This document shows positions 11,295 through 21,592 of a stretch of DNA of 64,000 bases, piece after piece (positions within the stretch are counted from its first letter, which is position 1; the number at the start of each line of letters is the position of its first letter). Under the pieces are notes generated by a model, which saw nothing but the letters and a program-made list of their open reading frames with translations, had not been told where the DNA came from and searched no databases. Location of the stretch: positions 2,880,001 to 2,944,000 of the forward strand of contig OY970178.1 in the NCBI GenBank assembly GCA_963707915.1. The letters are read 5' to 3'. Both the position numbers and the translations under genes were made by a program. Origin of the DNA: Candidatus Eiseniibacteriota bacterium (GTDB taxonomy: Bacteria > Eisenbacteria > RBG-16-71-46).

Positions 11295-11573
11295 CGGAGC
11301 GGCGACCCGGCTGGGCGGAACGTGACCATCCGGGCGAGGGTAGCATCCCCGGGGCGGAACCGGGAATGCTCCCCGCGGCGCGTGGGGCCGCGACACCATC
11401 CCGTCCGCCCCCGGTGCGACGTGGAGGTGTCCTCCCCGTGGGATCCCTCACGATGCGCCGGAAGGAAGCCCCGCGGGCCGGACCGGCCCGGGCGGTGGCT
11501 TGCCCGCCGGCGCGCCGAAGTGCTACACGGAGGCGTCCGCGAGACCCGTCCTTCCGTCCCGGTGGCCGACCTC

Positions 11574-12860
11574 ATGTCCGAAGCCCGACCCAGCACCCGC
11601 AGTCCCTGGGCGTGGATCCCCTCGCTCTACGTGGCCGAGGGGCTCCCCTACGTGGTGGCGATGACGGTCTCGGTCATCATGTACAAGCGCTTCGGGATCT
11701 CGAACACCGACATCGCCCTCTACACCAGCTGGCTCTATCTCCCGTGGGTGATCAAGCCGCTCTGGTCGCCGGTCGTGGACCTGCTGGGCACGCGCCGCCG
11801 CTGGATCTGGGCGATGCAGCTGCTGATCGGCGCGGCCCTCGCGGGCGTGGCCCTGGCCGTCCCCGTGCCGCAGATGTTCCGCTGGACGCTCGCGCTGTTC
11901 TGGCTGCTGGCGTTCGACTCCGCCACGCACGACATCGCGGCGGACGGTTTCTACATGCTGGCGACGACCGAGAAGGAGCAGGCCTTCTTCGTCGGCATCC
12001 GCAGCATGTTCTACCGGGTGGCCACGATCGCGGGGCAGGGACTGCTGGTGATGCTGGCGGGCACGATCGAGAGCCGCACCGGGAACCTGCGGCTGGCCTG
12101 GTCGGCGGCGATGGGCGGACTGGCGGTCCTGTTCCTGCTGTTCGGGCTGTGGCACCGCCTGGTCCTGCCGCGCCCGGCGGTGGACCGGCCGGGCGACGCG
12201 CGCCGCATCCCCGAGTTCGTGAAGGAGTTCCTGGCCACCTTTGGCGCGTTCTTCCGCAAGCCGCGCATCGGGGTGCTGATGCTGTTCCTGCTGCTCTACC
12301 GGTTCGGCGAGGCGCAGCTCGTGAAGATGGTGTCGCCGTTCCTGCTCGACGCGCGCGCCGAGGGCGGGCTGGGACTGACCACCACGCAGGTCGGCTTCGT
12401 CTACGGCACGGTGGGCATCATCGCGCTGACCGCGGGCGGGATCCTCGGCGGCTGGGCGGTGTCGAAGCACGGGCTGAGATCGTGGCTGTGGCCGATGTTG
12501 CTGGCGATCCACCTGCCGGACGCGATGTTCATCTACCTCTCCTACGCCCAGCCGACCAGCCTCCCGGTCATCCAGCTCTGCGTGGCGGTCGAGCAGTTCG
12601 GCTACGGTTTCGGCTTCGCGGCCTACCTGCTCTACATGATCCACATCGCCCGCGGCGAGCACTCGACCGCGCACTACGCCATCTGCACCGGCTTCATGGC
12701 GCTGGGCATGATGGTCCCCGGCATGTGGAGCGGCTGGCTCCAGGAGCTCGTCGGCTACCGGCACTTCTTCGTGTGGGTGATCCTGGCGACCGTGCCGAGC
12801 TTCCTGGTGGTGCTGTGGATCCCGCTCGAGGCCGACTTCGGGAGGAAGGCGGCCGCGTGA
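11574..12860 (+). CDS. ampG: AmpG-family MFS permease
   Basis: LY-AEGLPY, PWVIKPLWSP, SATHDIAADG, multiple TM segments. Confidence 0.8.
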   Translation: MSEARPSTRSPWAWIPSLYVAEGLPYVVAMTVSVIMYKRFGISNTDIALYTSWLYLPWVIKPLWSPVVDLLGTRRRWIWAMQLLIGAALAGVALAVPVPQMFRWTLALFWLLAFDSATHDIAADGFYMLATTEKEQAFFVGIRSMFYRVATIAGQGLLVMLAGTIESRTGNLRLAWSAAMGGLAVLFLLFGLWHRLVLPRPAVDRPGDARRIPEFVKEFLATFGAFFRKPRIGVLMLFLLLYRFGEAQLVKMVSPFLLDARAEGGLGLTTTQVGFVYGTVGIIALTAGGILGGWAVSKHGLRSWLWPMLLAIHLPDAMFIYLSYAQPTSLPVIQLCVAVEQFGYGFGFAAYLLYMIHIARGEHSTAHYAICTGFMALGMMVPGMWSGWLQELVGYRHFFVWVILATVPSFLVVLWIPLEADFGRKAAA

Positions 12861-12882
12861 GCGCGGCGCGTGCCGGGCCCGG

Positions 12883-13686
12883 CTACCGCCCGGCCGCCGC
12901 GGTCCGGCCCGGCCGCGGCTCGAAGAGCGGGGAGCGTGCCAGCCCGAGCCGGTGCAGCGTCCACTGCGCCAGCACGCCCAGCGTCCCCAGCCCGTAGGTC
13001 ACGCTGCGGGCGAAGCTGATGCTGCTCGCCTCCTTCATGTAGCGCACCGGGACGGGGATGTCCCCGATGCGGAACCCGAAGTGGACGGCCTGCACCAGGA
13101 ACTGGCTGTCGAACACGAAGTCGTCGCTGTTGCCCTGCCACGGGATGGTCTCCAGCACCTGCCGGCGGTACGCGCGCATCCCGGAGTGGCACTCGCCCAG
13201 GTTCTGTCCCATCCACAGGTTCTCGACGATCGTCAGGATGCGGTTGGCGAAGTACTTGTACGCCGGCATCCCGCCGGCGCGTGCCTCGCGCCGCGTGCGG
13301 ATGCGGTTGCCGAGCACGACGTCGCAGTGCCCGTTGCGCAGCAGCCCCACGAGGTGCGGCACCAGCCGGGAATCGTACTGGTAGTCGGGGTGGATCATGA
13401 CGACGACGTCGGCGTCCCGCGCCAGCGCCTCGCGGTAGCAGGTCTTCTGGTTGCCGCCGTAGCCGAGGTTGCGCTCGTGCTGGATCACCGTGAGCCCGAG
13501 GCGGCGCGCCGTGGCCACGGTGTCGTCCCGGCTGCAGTCGTCGACCAGGATGATCTCGTCGATGCAGCCCGGGGGGATGTCCATCACGGTCCGCTCGAGC
13601 GTGGTCTGGGCGTTGTAGGCGGGCATGACGACGATCGCCCGCCCGGAGGCGCCCCTGCCAGCATCCGCTTCGTGTGCCGTCGCCAT
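12883..13686 (-). CDS. GT2 glycosyltransferase (polyprenol-phosphate type)
   Basis: [34 protein letters not shown]. Confidence 0.9.
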   Translation of the reverse strand: MATAHEADAGRGASGRAIVVMPAYNAQTTLERTVMDIPPGCIDEIILVDDCSRDDTVATARRLGLTVIQHERNLGYGGNQKTCYREALARDADVVVMIHPDYQYDSRLVPHLVGLLRNGHCDVVLGNRIRTRREARAGGMPAYKYFANRILTIVENLWMGQNLGECHSGMRAYRRQVLETIPWQGNSDDFVFDSQFLVQAVHFGFRIGDIPVPVRYMKEASSISFARSVTYGLGTLGVLAQWTLHRLGLARSPLFEPRPGRTAAAGR

Positions 13687-13862
13687 CGCACGACTGTACC
13701 CCATCGTCCTCGTGACGCTCTACCCCGGCGGCCCGTCCGCGCGGGCCCGGTGACGGGCCGTGCCCTGCGCGGTGGCCGCGCGCGGGGCTTCCGGCGGGCG
13801 CCTGCGCAGGAGTACAATCGTCGCGCGAACCCCGCATCCGCCACCCCGCCTGGAGGCAACCC

Positions 13863-14807
13863 ATGTCGATCCGCCACCTGGCCGGCGCGTCGCTCGTCCT
13901 CGGCCTGCTGCTCCCGTACGCGGCGCGGTCCGCGACGATCCCCATCGACGGCGCGCTGGACCCGGACTACGGCGCGGCGCTCGCCACGCAGAGCACGCAG
14001 ACCAGCCTGGGCGACGCCGGCCAGGGCCTGGTGGACCTCGCGGCGGGATCGGAGCTGGACGCGGCCTACGGCACCATCACCGGCGGCGTGCTCTACCTGT
14101 TCCTGCCCGGCAACCTGATGCTCCAGCCGCGCGGCATGGAGCCGGGGCTCCGCTCCGACGAGATCGACATCTACATCGACTCCGAGGCGGGGGGGCAGAA
14201 CGTCCTGCGCGCCGACAACCCGGCGGTGGGCGGCGTCTATCACCCGCTGAGCGCCCGCGCCGGCCTGCGCTTCGATGCGGGCTTCGAGCCCGACCACTGG
14301 TTCAACGGCTGGCTGTACAGCGCCGGCTCGAACCTGTCGGCGCCGTACGCGTTCCGGCTCTATTCCGCGGAGCTGGCGACCGGCGGAGGCGGGGCGGGCG
14401 GCTTCCTCGGCCAGTCGAATCCCGGCGGGCCCGGCACGCTCGCCGGTGGCACGAACCCCGACGGCGTGGAGGCGGCCATGGACAACCGCAACGTCGCGGG
14501 CGTGACGGCGGGCTGTGCCGCCGCGTCGGGCGGGGGCGTCACGACCGGCTTCGAGCTGGCGATCCCGCTCGCGGCGATCGGCGATCCGGCCGGCTGCGTG
14601 CGGGTGTGCGTATTCGGCGTGTCCTACTGGGACGGCAGCGCGTCGAACCAGGTGCTCGGGCCGGTGCCGCCTGGGTCCTGCGGACTCGGCGCCGCCGCCG
14701 GCGTGGACTTCGCGGGCATCGCGGGCGACCAGTACTTCACGGTCTGCGGAGCGGATGTGCCCGTCCGCACTCCGAGCTGGGGAAGCCTGAAGACTTTGTA
14801 CCGTTGA
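13863..14807 (+). CDS. Secreted Gly-rich protein with a C-terminal SWGSLKTLYR motif
   Basis: Signal peptide ending ARSA, IDGALD and GFELAIP segments (DOMON/CBM9-like by eye), GGAGG RBS, TACAAT upstream. Confidence 0.75.
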   Translation: MSIRHLAGASLVLGLLLPYAARSATIPIDGALDPDYGAALATQSTQTSLGDAGQGLVDLAAGSELDAAYGTITGGVLYLFLPGNLMLQPRGMEPGLRSDEIDIYIDSEAGGQNVLRADNPAVGGVYHPLSARAGLRFDAGFEPDHWFNGWLYSAGSNLSAPYAFRLYSAELATGGGGAGGFLGQSNPGGPGTLAGGTNPDGVEAAMDNRNVAGVTAGCAAASGGGVTTGFELAIPLAAIGDPAGCVRVCVFGVSYWDGSASNQVLGPVPPGSCGLGAAAGVDFAGIAGDQYFTVCGADVPVRTPSWGSLKTLYR

Positions 14808-15055
14808 GCCCGCTCGATGTCGCGGCACGCACGGCAGTGCGCGGAGGGTGGTCCGGCTGCCGCGCGCCGGCGATCTCGAGGAGCGATTTCCCCCGAGCGC
14901 GCGGCATGGGGTAGAATCAATGCGCTCGGACGGTGATCATTTCCCGTGCGGGCCAAGCGCCGCCCGGCGAGGGATCCGTCGGGCGGTTGTTCATTCCGGG
15001 CGGATCGCCGGCCCCGTGGCCCGCTGCCCGGCCCCGGCCCGGCGGCCGCGGCCCG

Positions 15056-15442
15056 TCACGGCTCGGGCGCCCAGTTGTCGGCGGCGTAGCCCTCGAGCGC
15101 GGCCCGCTCGTCCTCGAACACGGCGATGAAGCGGAGCAACTGGACCACCTCCAGGATCATCTCGTTCCTCCGCGACAGGCCGGCGAGGGCGAGCGCGAGG
15201 TTCGCGTTCGCCGCCGTCTTGTAGAGGGCGGCGACGATGCCCACGCCCGTGCTCGTGAGGTGTTCCACGCCTCCCAGGTCGAGCAGCAGGGGCCGGGGGT
15301 CCGCGTTCATCTCGCTGCGCGCGCTGGCCAGGAACGAGTAGCACTCCTCGGAGTCCGTGAGCGCTCCGTCCAGGCGATAGACGCGCACGCCGGTCCCGGC
15401 CGCCGTGCGGGTCCGCCACTGCAACGTGCTCGTATTCGCCAT
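15056..15442 (-). CDS. STAS-domain anti-sigma-factor antagonist
   Basis: LLLDLGGVEHLTSTGVG, ILEVVQL, FEDERAAL; 128 aa. Confidence 0.8.
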   Translation of the reverse strand: MANTSTLQWRTRTAAGTGVRVYRLDGALTDSEECYSFLASARSEMNADPRPLLLDLGGVEHLTSTGVGIVAALYKTAANANLALALAGLSRRNEMILEVVQLLRFIAVFEDERAALEGYAADNWAPEP

Positions 15443-15678
15443 CGCAACCCTCCCCTTCCGGGCCGGGCCGGCCGGGTGGCCGGAGTCCCTGGGGTTAGGA
15501 TGCGCGAAGGTCGGCAGGAGTGTGGCAGCGAATCGACAAATCGCGGCGTCGTCTCCCGCAGGCCTCGCGGCCGGGGCGCACCGGCCGCCGGGGGCGCCGC
15601 GCACGGCGGCGGCCGGCACCCCGCGGCCGGGGCCGCTCGCCCGGGACGTCCCCGGCCCGCCGGCCCGCCGCGACCGGG

Positions 15679-16794
15679 TCAGCGCACCGTCTTGTGGAAG
15701 CGCGTCGTCGCGAAGCCCAGCAGCCCGGCGCCCATCACCAGCAGCGCCAGGAACTGGGGCCACAGCGCCCCGAGCCCGGCGCCCTTGAGGAACACGGCGC
15801 GCACGATCTCGAGGAAGTGCCGCATCGGGTTCAGCAGCGTGAGCCACTGGAACGTCTCCGGCATGCTGGACACCGGGAACATGAACCCCGAGAGCAGCAT
15901 GACCGGCATGATCACCAGGAAGCTCGTGAGCATCGCCTCCTGCTGGGTGTTCGAGACCGTGGAGATCAGCAGCCCCACGCCGAGCATGCACAGGATGAAG
16001 AGCAGTCCGGCGGCGAGCAGCAGCAGGAAGCTGCCCTCGAACGGGACGTGGAACCAGAACAGCGACACCGTGGTGATGAGCACCATCTCCACGACCGCCA
16101 GCATCGCGAAGGGCACCGTCTTCCCGATGATCAGCTCGCCCGGCGTGAGCGGGCTCACCATGAGCTGCTCGAGGGTGCCGGCCTCGCGCTCGCGCACCAC
16201 CGCCAGCGACGTCAGGATGAGGCTGAGGAGCAGCAGCAGCTGGCCCATCACGGCGGGCACGTTGTAGTCGAGGCTCCGCAGGCTCGGGTTGAACCAGGCC
16301 CGGGCGCGAAGCTCCACCGGGAGCGCGAGGCCGGCCGCCCCGCCCTGCAGGGCGTAGGCCGTGATGATGCGCTCGGCGTAGCCGCTGCCCACCGTCGCGG
16401 TGTTCGAGTTCGTGCCGTCGAAGAGCACCTGGACGGTGGCGTCCCCGCGCGCGAAGGCCCGGGCGAACCCGCGCGGGATGTCCACGCCCGCGATGGCGCG
16501 GCCGTGGTCCAGGGCCTCGACCAGGTCACGGGGGCGGTCCGAGCGGCCGGTGACGCGGAAGTAGCCCGAGGCGCCCAGCGTCCGCACCAGGTCGCGCGAG
16601 GCCTGCGTGTGGTCCTGGTCCACGACGAAGGTCGGCATGCGCCGGACGTCGGTGGTGACCACGTAGCCGAACACCAGCAACTGCAGCACCGGGGCGACGA
16701 GCACGAGCCGCGCCAGCCGCGGGTCCCGGAAGACCTGGATCAGCTCCTTGCGGACGAACTCGCCCAGGCGGTCGAAGCGCTCCGGGAGTCTCAT
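15679..16794 (-). CDS. ABC-2 permease (YbhR-like)
   Basis: RKELIQVFRD, VREREAGTLEQL, LSGFMFP. Confidence 0.9.
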   Translation of the reverse strand: MRLPERFDRLGEFVRKELIQVFRDPRLARLVLVAPVLQLLVFGYVVTTDVRRMPTFVVDQDHTQASRDLVRTLGASGYFRVTGRSDRPRDLVEALDHGRAIAGVDIPRGFARAFARGDATVQVLFDGTNSNTATVGSGYAERIITAYALQGGAAGLALPVELRARAWFNPSLRSLDYNVPAVMGQLLLLLSLILTSLAVVREREAGTLEQLMVSPLTPGELIIGKTVPFAMLAVVEMVLITTVSLFWFHVPFEGSFLLLLAAGLLFILCMLGVGLLISTVSNTQQEAMLTSFLVIMPVMLLSGFMFPVSSMPETFQWLTLLNPMRHFLEIVRAVFLKGAGLGALWPQFLALLVMGAGLLGFATTRFHKTVR

Positions 16795-17906
16795 GCCAGC
16801 TCCTTGCGGAACGCGCGCACCGCGAGGCCCAGGCCGACGACGGCGTAGGCGAGCATGAGCAGGCCCTGGCTCCACAGCACGTCGGGGCCGACGCCCTTGA
16901 GGAAGATCCCGCGCGTCACGACCAGGAAGTAGCGCGCCGGCACCAGGTAGGTGAGGAGGCGGAGCGGCAGCGGCATGTTGTCGATCGGGAACATGAAGCC
17001 GGAGAGCAGGAAGCCCGGCAGGAAGGTGGCGATCATCCCGATCTGGGTGGCCAGCATCTGGGTGCGCGCGACCGCCGAGATCAGCAGCCCCAGCCCGAGC
17101 GTCCCGACCAGGAAGGCGAACGAGGCGCCCATCAGGAAGACCACGTTCCCGCGGAACGGCACGTGGAAGACCAGCACGCCGAGCAGCGAGCAGAGCGCGA
17201 CGTCGACGAGCCCGATGACGAGGTAGGGGAGGAGCTTGCCGAGCACCACCTCGAGGCGCGTGACCGGCGTGGCCGCGAGCTGCTCCATGGTGCCCCGCTC
17301 CCACTCGCGCGCGATGGTGAGCGAGGTCAGCAGGCCGGCGATGATCATCATGATGACCGCCACCAGCCCGGGCACGATCATGTTGCGGCTCGACAGTTCC
17401 TCGTTGTACCAGATGCGGGTGTCCACCGTGATCGGCAGTCGCGCGCCGCGCGCCTGGAACAGGACCCGCGTCGAGAACCGCTGGACCACGGCCTGGGCGT
17501 AGCCCAGCGAGATGGTCGCGGTGTTGGCGTCGCTCCCGTCCACGATGGCCTGCACGACCGCCGTGCGCCCGGCGCCGAGGTCGGAGCCGAAGCGCGGGGG
17601 GATCACCAGCACGATCCTCGCCTGGCCGCGGTCCAGGAGCGCGTCGATGTCGGCGGTGCGCTCGAGCCGGGCCGCGATCACGAAACGGCCCGAGGCCCGG
17701 AAGCCGTCGAGCAGCTCGCGCGCCCTGGCGCCGTGGTCCTGGTCCACGACCGCCAGGCGGATGTCCTCCACGTCCCAGCTGATCGCGTAGCCGAAGAACA
17801 CCAGCAGCGCGACCGGCAGCAGGAAGGCGAGGATCAGGCTGCGCGGGTCGCGCCGCAGCTGCAGCGCCTCCTTGCGGGCGACGGCGAAGAGCCGCATCCG
17901 GTCCAT
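16791..17906 (-). CDS. ABC-2 permease (YbhS-like)
   Basis: RKEALQLRRD, AREWERGTMEQL, LSGFMFPI. Confidence 0.9.
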   Translation of the reverse strand: MDRMRLFAVARKEALQLRRDPRSLILAFLLPVALLVFFGYAISWDVEDIRLAVVDQDHGARARELLDGFRASGRFVIAARLERTADIDALLDRGQARIVLVIPPRFGSDLGAGRTAVVQAIVDGSDANTATISLGYAQAVVQRFSTRVLFQARGARLPITVDTRIWYNEELSSRNMIVPGLVAVIMMIIAGLLTSLTIAREWERGTMEQLAATPVTRLEVVLGKLLPYLVIGLVDVALCSLLGVLVFHVPFRGNVVFLMGASFAFLVGTLGLGLLISAVARTQMLATQIGMIATFLPGFLLSGFMFPIDNMPLPLRLLTYLVPARYFLVVTRGIFLKGVGPDVLWSQGLLMLAYAVVGLGLAVRAFRKELA

Positions 17907-17913
17907 GGCCCCC

Positions 17914-18855
17914 TCAGTCCGCCAGCGCGCCGCCCGCGGCGTGCACCAGCGCCACGAACACGTCCTCGAGCGAGGGCTCGACCACCTCGAGCCCGTGGAC
18001 CGCGATGCCCCGGGCGGCGAGCAGCGCCGGCAGCGCCGTGCGCGCCCGGTCCGCGTCGCGCACCGTGACGTGCACGGCGCGGCCGAAGAGCCCGACGTCG
18101 ACCACGCCCTCGGCGCCCTCCAGCGCCTCCACCGCCCGCGGGCTCTCGTCGGTCGCGATCTCGACCAGCGGCGTGGGCATCGCGGCGCGCAGCGCGGCGG
18201 GCCGGTCGAGGGCGATGATGCGCCCGCGGTTCATGAGCGCCAGCCGGTGGCAGTACTCGGCCTCCTCCATGTAGTGCGTGCTCACGAACACCGTGGTGCC
18301 GCGCTCCGCCAGCCCGCCGATCAGGTCCCAGAAGTCGCGCCGCGAGATCGGGTCCACGCCGGAGGTGGGCTCGTCGAGGAAGAGCACCGGCGGCTCGTGG
18401 AGCATGGCGGTGCCGAGCGCGAGCCGCTGCTTCCAGCCCAGCGAGAGCTCCTGCGTCAGCCGGCCGCGGTGGCCCTCCAGGCCCGCCATCCCGAGCACCC
18501 AGTCGCGGCGCTCCGCGCGGCGCGCGCGGGGCACGCCGTAGAGCCCGGCGAAGAAGGCGATGTTCTCCTCCACCGTGAGGTCGCCGTAGAGCGAGAACGA
18601 CTGCGACATGTAGCCGATGCTGCGCTTCACCGACTCGGTCTGGCGCGCGAGGTCGAAGCCGGCGACCGTGCCGCGGCCCGACGTGGGCTGGAGCAGGCCG
18701 GTGAGCATCTTGATGGTCGTGGTCTTGCCCGCGCCGTTGGGGCCGAGGAAGCCGAACACCTCGCCGCGGGCGACCTCGAAGGAGACCTCGTCCACGGCGG
18801 TGAACGCGCCGAAGCGGCGCGTCAGGCGCTCGACCGCGACCGCCGCGCCGCTCAC
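17914..18855 (-). CDS. ABC transporter ATP-binding protein
   Basis: GPNGAGKT, LSLGWKQR, LDEPTSGVDP, STHY. Confidence 0.92.
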   Translation of the reverse strand: MSGAAVAVERLTRRFGAFTAVDEVSFEVARGEVFGFLGPNGAGKTTTIKMLTGLLQPTSGRGTVAGFDLARQTESVKRSIGYMSQSFSLYGDLTVEENIAFFAGLYGVPRARRAERRDWVLGMAGLEGHRGRLTQELSLGWKQRLALGTAMLHEPPVLFLDEPTSGVDPISRRDFWDLIGGLAERGTTVFVSTHYMEEAEYCHRLALMNRGRIIALDRPAALRAAMPTPLVEIATDESPRAVEALEGAEGVVDVGLFGRAVHVTVRDADRARTALPALLAARGIAVHGLEVVEPSLEDVFVALVHAAGGALAD

Positions 18856-19835
18856 GACGGCCCCGCGCGGGCGATGCGCTCGATGAAGACGTCCTCGAGC
18901 GACGGCGCGACCGGGCTCACCTCGCCCACGGTGAAGCCCGCCGCGCGCAGGCCGGCCGCGACGCGCGGTCCGTCCGCGGCGGCGTCGGCCACCACGACGT
19001 GCAGCCGGTCGCCGAAGACCGCGGCGCCGCGCACGCCGGGCAGGGCGCAGGCCGCGGCGCGCGCCGCGTGCACGCGGTCCACCGGGACGGCGAGCAGTCC
19101 GAGCCCGAAGCCGCGTTGCAGCCGCTCGGCCGAGTCGAGCGCCACCAGCCGGCCGCGGTCGAGCATGGCCAGCCGGTCGAAGCGCTCGGCCTCGTCCATG
19201 TAGGCGGTGCTCACCACCACGGTGGTGCCGTTCGCCACCATCTCGTGCACGATGAGCCAGAGGTCGCGCCGCGAGATCGGGTCCACGCCGAAGGTGGGCT
19301 CGTCGAGCAGCAGGATCGCCGGCTCGTGGACCAGGCAGCAGGAGAGGGCGAGCTTCTGCTTCATGCCGCCGGAGAGCTGCCCCGCGAGCCGCGACCGGAA
19401 GGGGCCGAGCGCGGAGAAGCGGTAGAGCCGCTCGAGCCGCGCCGGCCGCTCCGCGCGGGGCACATGGTAGAGGTCGGCGTAGAACTCGAGGTTCTCGGCC
19501 ACGGTGAGGTCGCCGTAGAGGCCGAAGCGCTGCGCCATGTAGGCGATCGAGCGCTTCACCCGCTCGGGGTCGCGCGCGACGCTCACGCCCTCGAGCCGCG
19601 CGTCGCCCGCGCTGGGGCGCATCACGCCGGCGAGCATGCGGAGCGTCGTGGTCTTGCCCGCGCCGTCGGGACCGACCAGGCCGAACAACTCGCCGCGCGC
19701 GACGGTGAACGACAGCCCGTCCACCGCGGTGAGCGCGCCGAAGCGGCGCGTGAGGCCGTCCAGTTCGACCGCCGCCGGGCGGTCCGCGGCCGGCGCGCCC
19801 GCGTCCGGCACCGCTGCGGGACCCGCGTCCGTCAC
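18852..19835 (-). CDS. ABC transporter ATP-binding protein
   Basis: GTG start at 19835 overlapping the HlyD stop; GPDGAGKT, LSGGMKQK, LDEPTFGVDP, STAY (as in the first YbhF domain). Confidence 0.88.
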   Translation of the reverse strand: MTDAGPAAVPDAGAPAADRPAAVELDGLTRRFGALTAVDGLSFTVARGELFGLVGPDGAGKTTTLRMLAGVMRPSAGDARLEGVSVARDPERVKRSIAYMAQRFGLYGDLTVAENLEFYADLYHVPRAERPARLERLYRFSALGPFRSRLAGQLSGGMKQKLALSCCLVHEPAILLLDEPTFGVDPISRRDLWLIVHEMVANGTTVVVSTAYMDEAERFDRLAMLDRGRLVALDSAERLQRGFGLGLLAVPVDRVHAARAAACALPGVRGAAVFGDRLHVVVADAAADGPRVAAGLRAAGFTVGEVSPVAPSLEDVFIERIARAGPS

Positions 19836-20825
19836 TTCGCGAGCGCCAGGCGGACGTCGGCGGGCATGCCGGGCTTGAGCTCGAAGGCCGCGTCGCCGGT
19901 GATGCGCACCTTGACCGCGTAGACCAGCTTCACGCGTTCCTCGCTGGTCTGGACGTTCTTGGGAGTGAACTCCGCCTCGCTGCTGATGTAGACCACCTCG
20001 CCGGGATAGCTGCGGCCCCGGAAGGTGTCCGAGGTGATCGTCGCCGCCTGCTCCGGTCCGGACCGCGCCGATGCGCGCCTCGCTGACGTAGATGCGCACC
20101 CAGCGGTCGGTCCGGTCCATCAGCGAGAGCACCGCGGAGCCCGCGGGCACGATCTCCCCGGGCTCGCGGTGCCGCACGGTGACCACGCCGTCGAAGGGCG
20201 CGCGGATCACCATGTTCGCCAGGACCGCGTCCGCGGCGCGCAGGGCGGCCGCGGCCTGCGCCACCTGGGCGCGCGCGGCCGCGATGCGTTCCCGGCGGGG
20301 CCCGGTCACGACCAGCCGGTGCTGCTCGTCGGCCTGCTCGGCCTGCGCCCGCGCCACGTCGAGCGCGGTCCGGGCCTTGTCGAAGGTCTGCTGGCTGACC
20401 ACGTTGTTGCGGACCAGCTCCTGCGCGCGGTCGAAGTCGCGTTGCGCGTCCGCGAGGCGCTGCCGGGCCGCGTCGTTCCCCGAGCGGGCCTGCGCCACCT
20501 CCTCCGGGCGGGCCCCGCGCAGCAGCTCGTCGAGCTGGGCGCGCGCGGCGTCGAGCAGCGCGGCCGCCTGCTGGCGGCGCGCCGCGGCCTCGGCCCGGTC
20601 GAGCGCGGCCAGCGGCTCGCCGGCCCGCGCCGCGTCACCCTCGCGCACGCGGATCGAGTCGATCCGCCCGGGGACCTGGAAGCCCAGCTGCGCCTCGGTC
20701 GCCTCCACCGTGCCCGAGGCCGTGAGCCGGCCGCGCTCGCCGGCGCGGCGCAGGATCGGCACGACGACCAGCGCGGCGATCACGAGGAGCAGCAGCGGGA
20801 CGATGACGCGTGGGTTGGGTCTCAT
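19832..20825 (-). pseudogene. HlyD/YbhG-like membrane fusion protein with a +1 frameshift near 20051 (possibly an assembly error)
   Basis: ASGTVEA, IRAPFDG, WVRIYV; removing one base continues QAATITSDTF...EAEFTPKNVQT..ERVKLVY..LKPGMPADV to TGA at 19832. Confidence 0.85.
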
Positions 20826-21475
20826 GAAGCGGTCCTCCGGGGATGGGGGGCGCGGGCGGCGCGTGCGCGGGGCGGGGCGGGCGCGCGGATGGCCTGCTCG
20901 AACACCGGCCAGGCGGCGCGGGCCTGGCCGGTGACGTCGAACCGTCCGTCGCTCAGGGTCCAGAGCACGCCGGCCGGCTGGATCAGGCCCAGGAACAGGA
21001 TGGCGAGTGCGCGGGCGTTCACGTCGGTGCGGACCCGGCCGAGGCGCTGGCCCTGCCGGATGACGGCGGCCACCCCGTCGAGGTAGCCCGAGAACACGCC
21101 GAGCAGCCGCTGGCGGCGTTCGGGGTGGCCGATGTGGTAGTCGTCGGACAGCACGATGCGGGGCAGCGCGCGGTTGAGGCGGATGAGCTGGGTGTGGCGC
21201 TTGAGCAGCTGGTGCAGGGCGTCCACCGGGTCGTCGGTCTCGGCGCGGGCGGCCGCGATCGCGCCGTGCAGGCGCTCGCGCATGCGGTCCAGCACCGCGT
21301 CGAGCAGCGCGTCCTTGCTGGCGAAGTGACGGTAGATCGCCGAGGGCGTGAGCCCCACGCGGCGGGCGACGGCCGCCAGGCTCAGCCCGCGCAGCCCGTG
21401 ATCGGCCACCACCGCCAGCGTGGCGTCGGCCAGCTGGTCCCGGCGGACCCCGGTGTGGAGCTTCTCGCGCGACAT
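20822..21475 (-). CDS. TetR/AcrR family regulator
   Basis: RRDQLADA...SLAAVARRVGLTPSAIYRHFASKDALL helix-turn-helix. Confidence 0.92.
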   Translation of the reverse strand: MSREKLHTGVRRDQLADATLAVVADHGLRGLSLAAVARRVGLTPSAIYRHFASKDALLDAVLDRMRERLHGAIAAARAETDDPVDALHQLLKRHTQLIRLNRALPRIVLSDDYHIGHPERRQRLLGVFSGYLDGVAAVIRQGQRLGRVRTDVNARALAILFLGLIQPAGVLWTLSDGRFDVTGQARAAWPVFEQAIRAPAPPRARAARAPHPRRTAS

Positions 21476-21486
21476 CGCGCCTCCGG

Positions 21487-21532
21487 TTGTGAACGCTCGT
21501 TCACAATAGGCCCGGGCGGCCGGGCCGGTCAA
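21487..21532 (-). promoter_or_regulatory. Sigma70-type promoter of the TetR-efflux operon overlapped by a palindromic operator
   Basis: TTGACC-18-TATTGT on the minus strand; perfect inverted repeat TTGTGAACG-CT-CGTTCACAA at 21487-21506. Confidence 0.75.
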
Positions 21533-21592
21533 GGTTCGGTGTTCCGCGGACCCGGCGGACGTGGTAGCGTCCCGGCGTCCTGGGAGGTCACG

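Noticed and set aside
18852..20825. 657-aa HlyD-ABC ATPase fusion ORF
   Set aside because: Explained by a one-base frameshift; the ATPase has its own GTG start overlapping the true HlyD stop.
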